Positions 12,701 through 27,700 of a stretch of DNA of 64,000 bases are shown here, one piece after another (position 1 is the first letter of the stretch; each line of letters begins with the position of its first letter). Source of the DNA: Hypanus sabinus (lineage: Eukaryota); contig NW_026781254.1 in the NCBI RefSeq assembly GCF_030144855.1, positions 124,001-188,000 on the forward strand. Reading direction: 5' to 3'. A program made the translations under genes and the position numbers. The notes below the pieces were generated by a model. It was not told the origin of the DNA. It made no database searches and saw only the letters and a list, made by a program, of their open reading frames with translations.

Positions 12701-15700
12701 TTCTGGGTCTTGGGGGGAGGGGTGCGGCTATTAGATTGGTTGTTTTTCGACTTGGCAGTCTTCAGAGGTTTATTTTCTTCAATCAGGTTGCTTTTCATTC
12801 TGATCGATTCGATGCTTTGTCCTTTCTTCGGATTTAGTCTGTGCCTGCACATTAGCTGACTTTATAAAATTTTAAATTAAAACTTAAATATAGATGTTAA
12901 TAAATTTAATATAATATCTTGGAATCTGAGCGGCATGAATCAACCTATCAAGTGTAGAAAGATTTTTAAGAAACTAAAAACACTTCATACGAATATTATT
13001 TTTACGCAGGAGACTCGTATCCATAGGCAGGAACCCTAAAAGCACCAGAGAACGTTACAGCACATTACAGACATTTTATCCGTCCATGTTGTGCCAATCC
13101 ATACATTCTTCAAAAAAAGTACTAAACCCACACTACCCTATAACCCTCCATTTTTCTTCCATCCATGTGCCTGTCCAAGAGGCTCTTAAATACTCCTAAT
13201 GTTTTAGATTCCACCAACATCCCTGGCAACTCATTCCAGGCACTCACAACCCTCTGTGTAAAAAAAAAACTTACCCCTGATGTCTCCCCTAAACTTCCGT
13301 CCTTTAATTTTGTACCTATGCCCTCTGGTGTTAATGATAAAGATGAAAATCTTTCTTTTTTAAATTTTGGAAGGGCCCTCTATTTCATTCTTCATCAGTA
13401 AATAAAATTAGAGGAGTATCTATTATTATTATTACCAAAATCCCTTTTGTACATTTTAATACTGTTACTGATTTAATTGGAAGATATTTAATTGTTACTG
13501 GTTTGTTCTGTGTTCAGAAGGTGGCTTTGGTGTATGTTTGTGCACCTAATATAGGTAGCTCTGATTTTTTTTTAAGAAGCTATTCTCTGTGCTGCCGAAT
13601 TTAAATAAATATAAATTGATTACGGGCAGTGACTTGAACTGCTGTCTTAACCCGTCAGTTGATTGGTCCTCAGCCAATCCATTGCTTTCTAATAAGGGTG
13701 CAACCTGTTTTAATTATTTTAATAGGAAATGGTTTTGTTGATATCTGGATATTTATATATCCTAAAGATAGTGATTTCCCTTTTTTCACATGTATATAAT
13801 AAGTATTCAAAAATTGATTATTTTTTGTTGAATGCGCAATCGGTGCCATTTGTTGCTGATATTGTATATGATGTGCTTGCGTTGTTGTATTATGCACCCA
13901 TGAAATTAGCTTTGAAGATATTTGATAAAATACTGACGATATCTCAGTGGAGATATAATGCTACATTGATACAATATTTAACTTTTGTAAGTTTTATTTA
14001 AGAGCTATTTTCTCTATTTTTCGAATTAAATACAATAGAGCGAATGTCAAATTTGGTTATTTGAGATACGCTGAAATCCTTTCTTAGGGGACAGATAATT
14101 ACATATTCAGTAGGTTTAAAAAAGGAAACCAAAGCGGAACTTTTAATGATTACTAACAGGATTTAAAAATAGATATAGTTTATTCAGTAATGGCTAGTGA
14201 AGATCTCTATAAGGAAAGGGTGGAACAAACACAACATGATTTGTTTTTGACTTTTCCATCGAGAAACACCTTCTTAAATCTAAAAGTCAATTCTCCTTAC
14301 ATGGGGATAAGTCAGGTAAATTGTTGACTGGTCAATTAAAAGCAACTATAGTTAGAAGACAGATCCTAAAAATATGAAGACCTGATAGAACTGAAATGGT
14401 AGAACCTCATGAAATTAATAACGTACTGTATATATGGATTTTCGCTCTAGCTGTATATATCTGAATTTTCAGACAATATTACTTTTGTGGATAGATTCTT
14501 TCAAAAATTGAGTATACTTAAAATTTCTATCCAAGATATGAGTACATTAGATGTGCCAATTAAACAAGAGGAAATAGCAGGTGCTATATCCTCTTTCCAA
14601 TCAGGTACAGCTCCAGGACCGGACGGATATACAATGGAATTTTATGAGTCTTTTACTGAAATACTTACACCTCATTTATGTTAAATTTTCACTACTTTAT
14701 ATCCTTTGGGAATCTCCTGAAATCTTTTTATCAAGTATCAATCTAATTAATTCCAAAAAACGAAAAAGATTTATCGGATGTGCTTACTATAGACCAATCT
14801 CTCTATAGAATGTGGATTTTAAAATTCTTTCTAAGGTCTTGGCTAATAGACTTGAGAATTTTCACCGAGTGTTATTTCTAACGATCAAGCGGGATTTATT
14901 AAAAATAGGTTTTCAGATTTTAACATTTGAAGTCTATTAGACATTACTCACTCCTCTCCATCTAAATAATCTGAATGTGTTGTTTTTCTTGATGTGGAGA
15001 AAGCTGTCATAGGGTGGAGTGGTCTTATTTATTTGAGGTTTTGGAAAGATTTAATTTTGGTCTGGGATTTATTTCTTGGATCAGATTGATCTATCAAGCC
15101 CCTATGGTGGCGGTTATAACTAACAATAAAAAATCTCCTTATTTTAGATATACGAGTTAACCACCAGGGTTGTTCTCTTAGCCCTTTATAATTTAACCTG
15201 GCTTTAGAACCACTTGCAATTGCTCTTGTGAATTTCAATACTGTTCAGGGTATTAAGAGAGTAGTCAAAGTGCGCAAGGTTCTGTTTTATGCAGACTACC
15301 TGTTAGTTTTTATTTCAGATCCTAGGAAATCTATTCCTTCTTGGATATCTGTATTTTCTGAATTCAGTAGTCTCTCTGGATATAAATTAAATTGACAAAA
15401 AAGCGAATTATTTCCTATTAATAATCACTCAGATCAATATGTCAAATAACTCTTAGTATTGCTAAAAATCACTTTACTTATTTTGGTATTAAACTTACTA
15501 AAAAATTGAAGGATCTGTATAAATATAATTTTCTCCCATTAATTGATTATACACACCAAATGCTTTCTAAATGGTTGCCTATGACCCTATCATTAGTTGG
15601 TCGAGTTAATGCTATTAAAATGATAGTTTTACCGAAATTTATCTGCACATTTCAAGCAATTCCTTCCTTTGATCCTAAAATGTTTTTTGAGAGAATGGAC

Positions 15701-18700
15701 TCTATAATCGTATCTTATATTTGGAATAATAAAAATTCTACGTTGAGCAAACCTTTATTGCAGAAATTTAAAAAAGGACAGTGGTATGCCTTTGCCAAAT
15801 TTTAGATTGCATTATCTTTTGGATTCAATAGTCAGACATACATGACAGTCCTTCATGGTTGGATTTGGAGGAAAACTAGGTGAAGGGGTTCTCCTTGGTC
15901 TCGTTACTGGGAGCTCCTCTTCCCTTTTTATTTTCTAAGATCAGTAGACAAGACATTAATCCCATTATTAAACATGCTTTAAGAATTTGGTTTCAGTTTT
16001 GCAGATATTTTTAATTAAATAATTTAGTTCTTTCCAGCAATAGCCATTTTAACTATATTTTCCAAACATCAATTTTGGATAAGACCTTTCTAATTTGGAA
16101 AACTAAGGAAATAATAACTTTTTCAGACTTGTTTTTAGGGGATTGTTGAATGTTTTTCTCTCAGTTAGTGGATAAATGATTTATCTAATGTACACTTTTT
16201 TAGATATTTACAAGTTAGGAATTTTTTTACGTGGTTTGCTGCCAAGTTAGCCCTCTGCTCATCCACCTAATACGACAGATGCAGTCTTCCCGCTTAAACC
16301 ACTTCAAAAAGGAATAATAGCTATTATTTATGAACGGTTATTGAATTTTACGAATGATGTTTAACGATAAAATTAAAGGTGCCTGGGAATTGGAATTTCA
16401 AGGGTTACTTTCAGATAATCAATGGAGTAATATTTTTCATTTGGTTAATAACTCATCTATTTGTGCACACAATTCCTTGTTACAGTTCATTGGGCACATA
16501 TGTCAAAGGATAAGCTAGCACGTACTTTTCCAACATCAATCCTATTTGTGATAGATGTAATATTGAGGTGGCCACTGTAACTCATATGTTTTAGTCTTGC
16601 ATAAAGCTGGACAATTTTTGGAAAGCTGCTTTTAAAACTTTATCAGAAGTCTTGGATCTGGATGTAGAAACTAACTTACTTATGACAGTCTTAGGGATTA
16701 TCCCATCAGAAACAGGAAATATACCTGTTTCCACTCAATGCATTATAGGCTTTTCAACTTTATTGGCTTGGAGAGCCATTTTACTGAATGGAAAGGATTC
16801 TAATCCACCTACTGTCTTCTATTGGCTTTCATCCATTATGTCCTGTTTAAGCTTAGGGAAAATAAGAAGTCAGACATTTGATACATCCTTTAAATTTGAG
16901 CAAACCTGATGACATTTTATTTAATATTTTCATATGATTTGATTTATTATTCTTCCAGTTTCTTTTTCAACTTTTAGATTTGATCAGAAAGTCTTTCTTT
17001 TTTTTTGGTTCTATCCTCCGAATGGACTGCACAGTCCTCTTTTTTTCGTTTGTTTTTACTCATTTAAAAAAAAAATAAGTTTTTTTTTTCTACGAATTGG
17101 TAAGAGAAGGATTAGTTATCTCCTTTCTCAGCATATACTCTATATTAGCTTAATACTATGCGTGATTTTGATAATGTCTATTTCACTTTCCATTTCTATT
17201 TTTATTGATATATATATATATATATACAGAGACTTCGATGACACAGGGTCAGGAATGCTTACTTTGAGTGCCAGGCTTTAGATATTTCAGAAAGGACAGG
17301 GTGGGAGGCAAAAGAGGTGGGGGCATGGCACTGTTGATCAGAGATAGTGTCACGGCTGCAGAAAAGGAGGAAATCATGGCAGGATCGTCCATGGATTCAC
17401 TGTGGGTGGAGGTTAGGAGCAGGAGGTGCTCAATAAATCTACTTGGTGTTTTTATGGACCACCCAATAGTAACAGGGACATCGAGGAGCAGATAGGAAAA
17501 CAGATGCTGGAAGGTTGTATTAATAACAGGGTTTGTAGTAATGGAAGGTTTTCATTTCCCAAACAGTGACTGGCATCTCCCTCGCGGAAGTGGTTTAGAT
17601 GGGGTTGAGTTTGTTAGGAGTGCCCAGGAAGGTTTCTTGACACAATATGTAGATATGCCTACAAGAGGGGAGGCTGTACTTGATCTGGTATTGGGAAATT
17701 AACCTGGTCAGGTGTCAGGTCTCAGTGGGAGAGCATATTGGAGATAGTGATCACAAATCTATCTCCTTTACCATAGCATTGGAGAGGGATTGGAAAATGA
17801 CAATTAGTAAAGTGTTTAATTGGAGTAAGGGGTAATCTGAGTCCATCAGGCAGGAACTTATAAATTGGGAACAGGTGTTCTTAGGGTATGGCAGAAATGT
17901 GGCAAATCTCATCAAGAAGAAAAGAAAATCTTATCAAAGGTTCAAAAAAAGATAATGATAGAGATCTAGAAGAATATAAGGCCAGCAGGAAGGAGATTAA
18001 GAAGACAATTAGGAGAGCCAGTAGGGGCCATGAGAAGGCCATGGCAAAGGGGATTAAAAAAAAAACCCAAGGCATTCTACAAGTCCGTGAAGAGCAAGAG
18101 GATAAGATATGAGATAATAGGACTAATCAAGTGTGACAGTAGAAAAGTGTGTGTGGAACAGGAGGGGATAACAGAGGTATTTAATGAATACTTTGCTTCA
18201 GTATTCTCTATGGAGAAGGATCATGGCAATCGTAGAGATAATTTACAGTGGGCTGAAAAGCTTGACCATATGGATATTAAGAAAGAGGATGTTCTGGAGC
18301 TTTTGGAAAGCATCAAGTTCGATAAATCACTGGGACATGATAGGATGTACCCCAGGCTACCGGGGAGGCAAGCGAGGAAATTGCTAAGCCTCTGGCAATG
18401 AAGTTTGCATCATCAATGGGTACGGGAGAGGTTCTGGATGATTGGAGTGTTGCAGACATTATTTCCTTATTCAATAAATGGAGTAGAAATATCCAGGAAT
18501 TTATAGACCAGTGAGTCTTACTTCAGTGGTTGGCAAGTTCATGGAGAAGATTCCGAGAAGCAGGATTTATGCAAATTTGGAGAGATATAATATGATTAGG
18601 AATAGTCAGCATGGCTTTCTCAAGGGCAGGTCGTGCCTTATGAGCCTGATTGAATGTTTTGACGATGCGACTAAACACATTGATGAAGGAAGAGCAGGAG

Positions 18701-21700
18701 ATGTAGTGTATATGGATTTTCTCAAGGCATTTGATAAGGTACCGCATGCAAGTCTTATTGAGAAAATAAGATGGCATGGGATATAAGGGCGCATTGCTTT
18801 GTGGATCCAGAATTGGCTTGCTCACAGAAGGCAAAGAGTGGTTGTAGATGGGTCATGTTCTCTATGGAGGTTGGTGACAAGTGGAGTGCCTCATGGATCC
18901 GTTCTGGGATCCTATCTCTTCATGCTTTTTATAAATGACCTGGATGAGGAAGTGGAGGGATGGGTTATTAAATTTGCTGAGGACACTAAGGTTGGGGGTG
19001 TTGTGGACAGTGTGGAGGGCTGTTAGAAGTTGCAGCGGGACATTGATAGGATGAAAACTAGGCTGAGAAGTGGTAGATAGAGCTCAGCCCAGATAAATGT
19101 GAGGTAGTTCATTTTGGTAGGTCAAACATGATGGCAGAATATGGACTCTTGGCAGTGTGGTGGATCAGAGAAATCTTGGGGTCCGAGTCCATAGGATGCT
19201 GAAAGCTGCTGCACAGGTTGGCTCTGTGGTTAAGAAGGCATACGATGTATTGGCCTTAATCAATCGTGGGATTGAGTTTAGGAGCTGAGAGGTAATGTTG
19301 CAGCTATACAGGACCCTGGTCAGACTCCACTTGGAGTATTTCCCTCAGTTCTGTTTGCCTCACTACGTGAAAGTTGTGGAAACCATAGAAAGATTGCAGA
19401 GGAGATTTACAAGGATGATTCCTGGATTGGGGAGCAAGCCTTATGAGAATAGGTTGAGGAAACTTGGCTATTTTTCCTTGGAGCAATATAGGATGAGAGG
19501 TGACCTGATAGAGGTGTATGCGATGATGCGAGGCATTGATCATGTGGATAGTCAGAGGGTTTTCTCTAGGGCTGAAATGGCTAACAAGAGAGAGCACAGT
19601 TTTAAGATGCTTGGAAGTAGGTACAGAGGAGATGTCAAGGTTGAGTTGTTTCATATAGGACAGTCGCAAGTGCATGGAATGGGCTGCCGGTGACGTTGTT
19701 GGAGTCGGATACAATAGGGTCATTTAAAAGACACCTGGATAGGTACATGAAGGTTAAGAAAATAGAGGGCTATGGTGAATTCATGTTCGGCACAACTTTG
19801 TGGGCTGAAAGGCCCTTATTGTGCTGTAGGTTTTCTATGTTTCTATGTTTCTGACTTGTCGTTGGTTAATTTGTAAAAACTGATCTAGATCTAGGCGTAG
19901 TTTATGAAACAAAAATCAGAAGGGGAATAAGGAAGTCTGATCGTCCAATGAAATCAGCTTTCAAGTGAAGAAATCTAATGCAATATTCACCATTCGCCGA
20001 TTCCAGTATTGATAAAAATGCATTCTCTTTCTAACAACTCCATTGTTTTTTTACATCCCTCTGTTAACCGTATCATGGTTCACCACAGTCCTGTTAACCT
20101 AATTGACAGGGGGACATACGTGCTTATGATCTCTTCTTGCTACATAGTTTCAACTGCCAACAAAATACTTTTTTAAATCTGTAAGACGGTTTCTTTTCCT
20201 GTTTATCAGTTTCTGTTTATAACATTTCAACACATTCCTCTATAATTGCAGTGCAACAAGAACTTTTGCCCGTGATCTAGTAAGCATAATTGCCCGGCAT
20301 ATTCAATATGTACTTTCTCAGTGAATCTATTGCAGATTTTTCACATTCTGTCCTGATTTATGCGTGCAATACCCCGGATAACCAATACAACAATAAAGGG
20401 AGTAGATATTGTATTTCAGCTCCAGGGCTATGAGTGGAGAGTTGAAAAGTGTGCAGAGGCAGAATGGCTGAATTTAAGGAGCAGAAGTTACATGTGGGGT
20501 TTTGCGTTGGGGCGGGTTAGAGAGACCGAGAGGTAGTGTCAAGCAGAAATTGTCTATGAATGGGAAATAAAGTTGTTAATTCAGAATGTTACTGAGTGAT
20601 TACAGTGCAGAAAGATGACTGTGGTGTTGGGTGAAAGGGCCTTGCTGAGAGCTGAGAAACTGGTGTGTGCAATTTTCAGACCATTTCAGGGCACTGACAT
20701 ACGAGGGATGAGCCCACCAGAATGCCAGAGTGGTCCATCAGGAAGGTGTTGTTATGATAGAGATTATGGAGTCACTGTTGATGATCTGTCAGAAATTATT
20801 GAGTGTCAAAAAGAGTCTCTGGGCATTGTGATGATGCGTTGCCAAGAAGTAGAAAACGAAATAGCAGTGGGAACTTTAAACACTTATTGCTGAATATTAG
20901 ATTGCACAAGCCTCATATTTGCTTCATCCATGAACCAGGTTTTACTGTCCGCACTCATCCAAAGATACATTGAATTCATGCAATATCAGCACAGTGATTC
21001 CATTGTAGTTTTCATGTTGTGTCTTTGTCAAGTGCAATGTGATTATTTTAACTCTTTTTCCATTTAAGATGTTCAAGAGAAACACAAGGAGACTCTGCGG
21101 GCACAAACTAAAACGCTGAGAGTGAACACGATCCTGATGAGGGAGAAGGTGAAGGTTTTCCAGCTGGTTGATCGATACGCTGAGCTCACGATCATTTCTA
21201 ATGTTCGGGATTGGAGACTGGTGGAACATGAGCTGCTGGCAAGAGGCAGAGACCATGAAAAATGGAGAAAGAAACATCTCCAAGCAGAGCTGGAAAAAGT
21301 CCGGACTCATCAGTTTTTCGACAGCAGCTTTTCCAGGAGTAAATCCAAATTTGGGAGCTCGGCAGCAGTGGCCGGATTACCAGGGATTGGGAAAACAACA
21401 ATGGTACAGAAGATTGTATATGACTGGGCCACGGGGAAAATATACCAACAATTCCAGTTTGTCTTCAGTTTCAAATTCCGGGATTTAAATGCCTTTAACT
21501 GTAGAATAAACCTGAGGGAACTGATTCTGGATCAATATCCTTACTTTGAAAAATTATTGAGAGAAGTCTGGAAGAACCCACAGGGATTGCTGTTTATATT
21601 TGATGGTTTAGATGAATTCAAACACAAAATCGATTTTGCTGACAGTCGGAGAGATACAGAACCCAAACATCAGTGCCCAGATTCCGAGTGGTGGTGTGAA

Positions 21701-24700
21701 GTGTCTGACATTGTGTACAGTTTAATCCAGGGCAAGCTGCTCCCAGGGTGCTCAGTGCTGGTGACCACCCGCCCCACTGCGTTACATTTATTGGAAAAGG
21801 CTGAGATCAGTGTCCGGGCTGAAATCCTGGGATTCTCTGGTGAGGAACGTAAGGAATATTTCATCAGGTATTTTGAAGATCAGAGGGTCGCGGCAGCTGT
21901 TTTCAAACACGTGGAGGAGAACGAGATCCTGTACACCATGAGCTACAACCCCTCCTACTGCTGGATCCTCGCTCTGGCACTGGGTCCCTTCTTCACACAA
22001 AGAGTCAGGGACCCGCAGCGAGTTCCCAAGACCATCACCCAACTGTACTCCTACTATATTTACAACATCCTGAAAAACCACGGCCGTGAGATTGAGAAAC
22101 CCCGTGATGTGTTACTCAGGGTTGGTCAGATGGCCTTCAGAGGAGTGTCCGAAAGGAAGATTGTGTTTACAGATGGAGATTTGATCAACTACAATCTGCA
22201 GCCTTCCCAGTTCCTGTCTGGGTTCCTGATGGAGCTTTTGGAGAGAGAGGATTCTTTCCGGAGTGTGCTGTACACATTCCCACACCTCAGCGTACAAGAG
22301 TTTATAGCTGCAGTCGCACAATTCCTGAATCCACATCCCACGGATATCCTGAAATTCCTCACTGAAGCCCACAACACGACAGATGGGCGATTTGAGGTAT
22401 ACCTCCGCTTTGTTGCTGGTCTCTCCTCCCGAATGACAGCTCGGGGCCTGGAGGAATTTCTGGGTCCATTTCCTCATCAAACAACCTGCCGGGTGATTGA
22501 CTGGTTGAAGGAGGAGTTTAAACGGCAGATTGGAATGTCATCGGGTGCAGCTGGTAAAAGGAGCCTCCTGAACACATTGTACTACCTGTTTGAGTCTAAG
22601 AATGGTGGACTGGTTCAGGAGACACTGGGATCTGTGGAAACACTTTCATTCAGTGGAATGACACTGACCCCGATTGACTGTGCTGTCCTGTCTCATGTCA
22701 TCGGACTCTGTGATTCAATAAAACACCTCAACTTGGAAAACTGCCACATTCAGTGTGAAGGAATCCAGCGGCTGGGACCCGGGCTGCACAAGTGCCAGGA
22801 GTTGAGGTAACTTGATTTATCTCTCACTCTGAACTGTGAAACTGTTCCATTGTGTTGTTTCAATGTGTAGAAATTTGGGTAAAACTGTAGTAAATCAGAT
22901 AATGATGAATTGTGACAAACTCCAGGGAATCAGTCAGATCAATCCCCACGGACGGGAAGGTTCGGTGGTTCCTTGTGAAGGGATGTTGGAGACTTCATCA
23001 GATCAGTGAACAATGACCATTGGTTTAATGGTAGTAAATCACAGGAATGGCCGTGTTTCTCGCTGCCTGTGAGACGTCCATTGACAATGTTCCTTCTCAC
23101 TGTTACTGACTCCCAGACCGACACTGACTCCAGCAGGTGGGTCAGAGATTCACACCCACTTCCCAGTGAGGGACAAGAGACCGTCAGCAGACTGTCCCAG
23201 TGAGAAGGAAAGAAATACCATTGTGAGATTGTCCTCCCCTGCCCTTCCCCGTGTGTGACTATCACCATCAGTCCACAAGTGTGACTGTGCTCACTGCCAG
23301 ATACCCAGACAACATGGGTGCATCTCCTCTTCTGATTGTGGACCTCAGTTTAGACCCACCCCTCCCTTGCAATCTATTTCTGCATCCTCTCATCTTGAGT
23401 GATTATCTTTTCCCATCTGTATCCTCCTGTGGGAACTCTCATCCTCATCTTCCTCCCTCCTGCAGGTTCTGTCTTCCTATCCCTTTTCCTCGCATTGGAG
23501 TCTCATCCACTGTCAGCCATCGACATCTCCCCATTCACAAATCTTCCTCACCATGGGCGTCCATCCCATCCATCAACACTGCACTTTCCGAACCTCTCAC
23601 GTCAGGAATATTTTCCGCACCATCGGGTAGAGCTGGAATATGTGGAGTTTACAGGGTCACACTGACAGCCTAAATTACTGACATTTGGTGAATACCCTGG
23701 AGCTAGGCAGTGAAGGACATTGACAGTGATGGGAACTCCGTTCAGTGATTTACTGAAGGGTTTAATATTTCGTGAAATATCCGAGTGAGAGAAATTCCCT
23801 CAGACCCACGGTTTGAATCACTTTGTTCATCAATTTGTCTGTTTGTTTTTAGACTTGGGGAGAATGAAATGGGAGATTCAGGAATAAAACTGGTGTCTGC
23901 GGCTCTCAGGAACACGGAGTGTAAAATACAGAAACTGGTGTAAGTACCAGACTGTGGGAGATTGTGTTTACAGTCACTGGGTGTCCGACACTGAACATTA
24001 ATGTGATCAGTAATTGTGTTACTGATAAGCACTAGGGACTTGTACCATTTCTTGTCTCTCTGTGTTCTTCACCCTCACTCTCTTTCCTCTCCAGGATGGA
24101 GAGAGTCGGTCTCACAGATTCTGGTGCCGAGGATCTCAGCTCCGCTCTCTGTACAAATTCATCACTGATGGAGCTGGACCTGGGTATTAATGAACTGGGA
24201 GATTCAGGAGTGAAACTGGTGTCTGCGGCTCTGAGGAAACCGGAGTGTAAAATACAGAAACTGGTGTAAGTACCAGACCGTGGGAGATTGTGTTTAGTAT
24301 CAAGTCAAGTCAAAGTCAAATTTATTTAAAACGCACGTTTAAAAACAACCGATGTTGACCAAAGTGCTATACAGACTAGAGCAGGTAGCTAAAATTACAA
24401 AAATAGAAGAAGCATAGACACAAACAACAAGGCACCCAGCTTATAGGCAGAAAATAAACAACACTTGGGCCGAGGCAACAAGCTAAAAAAAAACAGCCAC
24501 ATCAAAAAGATTCAAATGCGAGTTAATAATGGTAAATTTTGAGCCTGGACTTAAAAGAGTCAGTGTTGGGTGCAGATCTGATAGGAAGGGGAATGCAGTT
24601 CCACAGTCTAGTGGCTACAACAGCAAAGGTGCGGTCTCCCCTGAACTTAAGTTCAGATTGCGGGACAGCCAGAGGCCTCAAGTCAGCTGACCCGAGGGAC

Positions 24701-27700
24701 TCGGAAGTAGAATAAGGGGTTAAAAGGTCTGTGATGTGAGGGGGTCAGCGCATTTAGGGCTTCATAAGCAAACAGGAGAACCTTAAAATCAATTCTAAAT
24801 TGTATTGGCAGTCAATGGAGAGGGGCCAGGATAGAAGCAATATGGTCTTTCTTCCGAGCATCTGTCAGGAGCCTGGCTGCAGTGTTCTGGACCAATTGCA
24901 GACAGGACAGGGACGACTAGCTACTCCCAGTAGGCAGGGAGTTGGAGTAGTCCAAGTGGGAGGATACAAGGGTGTAGATGACTTCCTGGAGATCTTTGAA
25001 AGAGAGAAACAGCTTAATTTTGGCAAAAGTACGAATGCGGGGGCAAAAAAACAAACTGGTTTTTACTACTGCGTTAACTTGCTTGTCAAACTTAAAGGCA
25101 GAATCAGATATCACACCAAGGTATTTAACGCGGGGTTTGACAACGATGGACAGATTATCAATATTGTTGTTAATCACTTTGAAGGAGTCGGGGGTGGGGT
25201 GGAGGGGGAGTGGCTAAAAAGAACAACTTCAGACTTGTCTTCATTCAGCTGGAAGAAGTTTTGTGCCATTCAACACTGTATGTCCTCAAGGCAGTTCCTA
25301 AGGCTGTCTAGATTTGCCTGACCATTTGGTTTCAAGGGGAGGTAAAGCTGTATGTCATCAGCATAGCAACGGAAAGAAATGTCGTATTTTTGAATGACTT
25401 GAACGAGGGGAAGCATGTATATAGAGAAGAGAATGGGACCTAGGATTGAACCTTGTGGGTCTCCGCAGGAGAGACTAGCTGAGGGAGAGAAAATATGCCT
25501 ATATTGATGGAGAAACTTCTATTTTTAAGGTAAGATATGAATCAGTTCAGGGCAGATCCATCAACACCATCCTCGTACTGGAGATGGTCTATTAAAATGC
25601 CATGATCCACAATATCAAACGCGACGCTGATGTCAAGAAGAATTAGAATATTAGAGTCACCTGAGTCAATAGAGAGGAGCAGGTTACTGTACACTTTCAG
25701 CAGTGCTATAATAAGCCTTAAAACCTGACTGCAATCTTTCCAGATGTTGTTTTGGTGTAGGTAGGGCAGAAAGTGATTGAGAATAACCTTTTCGAGAACC
25801 TTTGATAGGAATGGACAGTTTAGAAATAGGTCTATAGTTACTAGGTAACTAGTAACTAGTAACTAGGTCTGAGTTGTTTTTTTTTCAGGAGGGGCTGGAC
25901 CACGGCACGCCTGAAGTGGTACCAGTGGCCGGAGGATGCTGGGACTGGCTGTGTTAGACATCCTTGAGGAGAGCAGTAGGAACAATGTCAAGCGGGCAGG
26001 TTGCAGGTTTCATGGTAGAAACCATCTTTGTAAGGGAAGCAGCATAATGGGTTAGAAGCAATCCAGTTTAGATATCAAAAACCAGTGAGACAGCTATGTC
26101 ACGAGTGGGGGGGGAATGTTCATTCTAATGTCCCCAACTTTGGTAATGAAAAATTTTAAAAATTCTTCGCACTTAGCAAGGGACACATCTAAGCTGATAC
26201 TGGGGGTGGGACAGATGATGTAATTTTTGCTACTAGGTAAGACCTTGGGATTATGAGCGTTGTTAGAAATCAGGTCAGAAGAGAATTTTCCTCTCACAGA
26301 TTTAACTGCTTCCTGATATGTCTAAAGATTGTTTCTCAAAATTTCAAAGGAAATTTGAAGCTTCTCACACTTCCACTTTCGTTTGGATCTTCTGCGCTCC
26401 CTCCTCAGTGCTCTGGTGGTGTCATTAAGGCAAGGCATCCCTTTATGCTTAGGCTTTTTCTATTTAAAGGGAGCAACAGTATTCAGAATGGAAAAACAGG
26501 CGGCATTAAAAATAAGTGTAGCACTTACCGAACAGGCTAGTTTATGCCTAGGGGAAAAGGAGATACAGCCACACACCAACCCCACGTCCCGTACACGCAG
26601 GTGTTGTGAGAATCAGGTTTATGCCACGCGCGCACACACAATATCAAACTCACACCAGATACCGTTAAGCAATACATTTTAAAGAGTTTACTAAAACTAA
26701 AATCTTACTATGCAATGCAGTATATATGAAGGAAAATAAAATAAGGCAAAAGGCGCCAACTTATCAAAGTTCAGTCAGTTTAGTGCACATCGTTGGAGCT
26801 CAACCATCGAACCATTCGACCCCTCGTCGCTTGCCTCCGACCTCCACGTCCTCGCAACTAGGACTACCCCCGGTGGTTGACCGAGCAGTGCAGCGCACGT
26901 CCACATTCCTCGGCGTCTCCTTCCCGCCTCCCCTCTAAAGACCGCGAAATCCCCCAAGTTCCCAGCCTCACAAGACAAAATAACATTCCCCATTGGTTAT
27001 CAAATGGATACAGTCCCCATATCAGCAAGGCTAAAGCTAAACAACTGCAAGAGAAAGCAGTTATCAGACAAAGAAACATTCCTACTCTTAACAAACAAAA
27101 GAAGCCATTTTGATTAACAAACACAGTACATTGTCCATAAGGAAGTGTACTCGCTTGCAACGCGCTACTAAAACAGACGGAGGCAGAGGGAACTGAACGC
27201 AGAATGACTTTACTGATTCAACATCGCGCGCTTGAGTTCACGCTGTCCCTGGAATGTCCGCCCAGAGCAGACCAAACGCGTGGTTCCAAATGCGCTGTCG
27301 CGTGCCAGCTCACAGCTCCCGATGGTGGTTCGAGTCGGTCGTGTGCAGGCCGCCCCCCCCCGAAACGTCCATTGGGGGAGTAAGGCCCCCAGCCTGTGTG
27401 GCTTGTCTGGGTGGCCGGTCTCGCCGGCCCTCACTTATTGCTCGATTATTGCGCCATTTTGAGGAGGTAAGCTATAAATGTCTATTCCCTGCGTCCCACC
27501 TCCACGACACACGTGGTTCCGTTGTGCCGGATCACCTTGAAGGCTCACTCGAATGGCCACTGTAGAGGTGACCTGTGCATGCCGCTCGGAATAAAAACAT
27601 ACTCACAGTCTTGGAGGTTTTAGGAGTGAAGGAATGCATGGGACCATGCCTGGAGGTCGGGACTGGTGCCAGGGTCTCCATCTTGTCCCATAGCATCGTT

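Noticed and set aside
21122-22810. Stand-alone 562-aa single-exon gene
   Set aside because: It starts at GTG inside an exon and its stop lies in the splice donor (AG|gtaa); it is an internal exon of the NLR.
25838-25868. (CTAGTAA)n short repeat
   Set aside because: A local slippage duplication inside the L2; no evidence of function.
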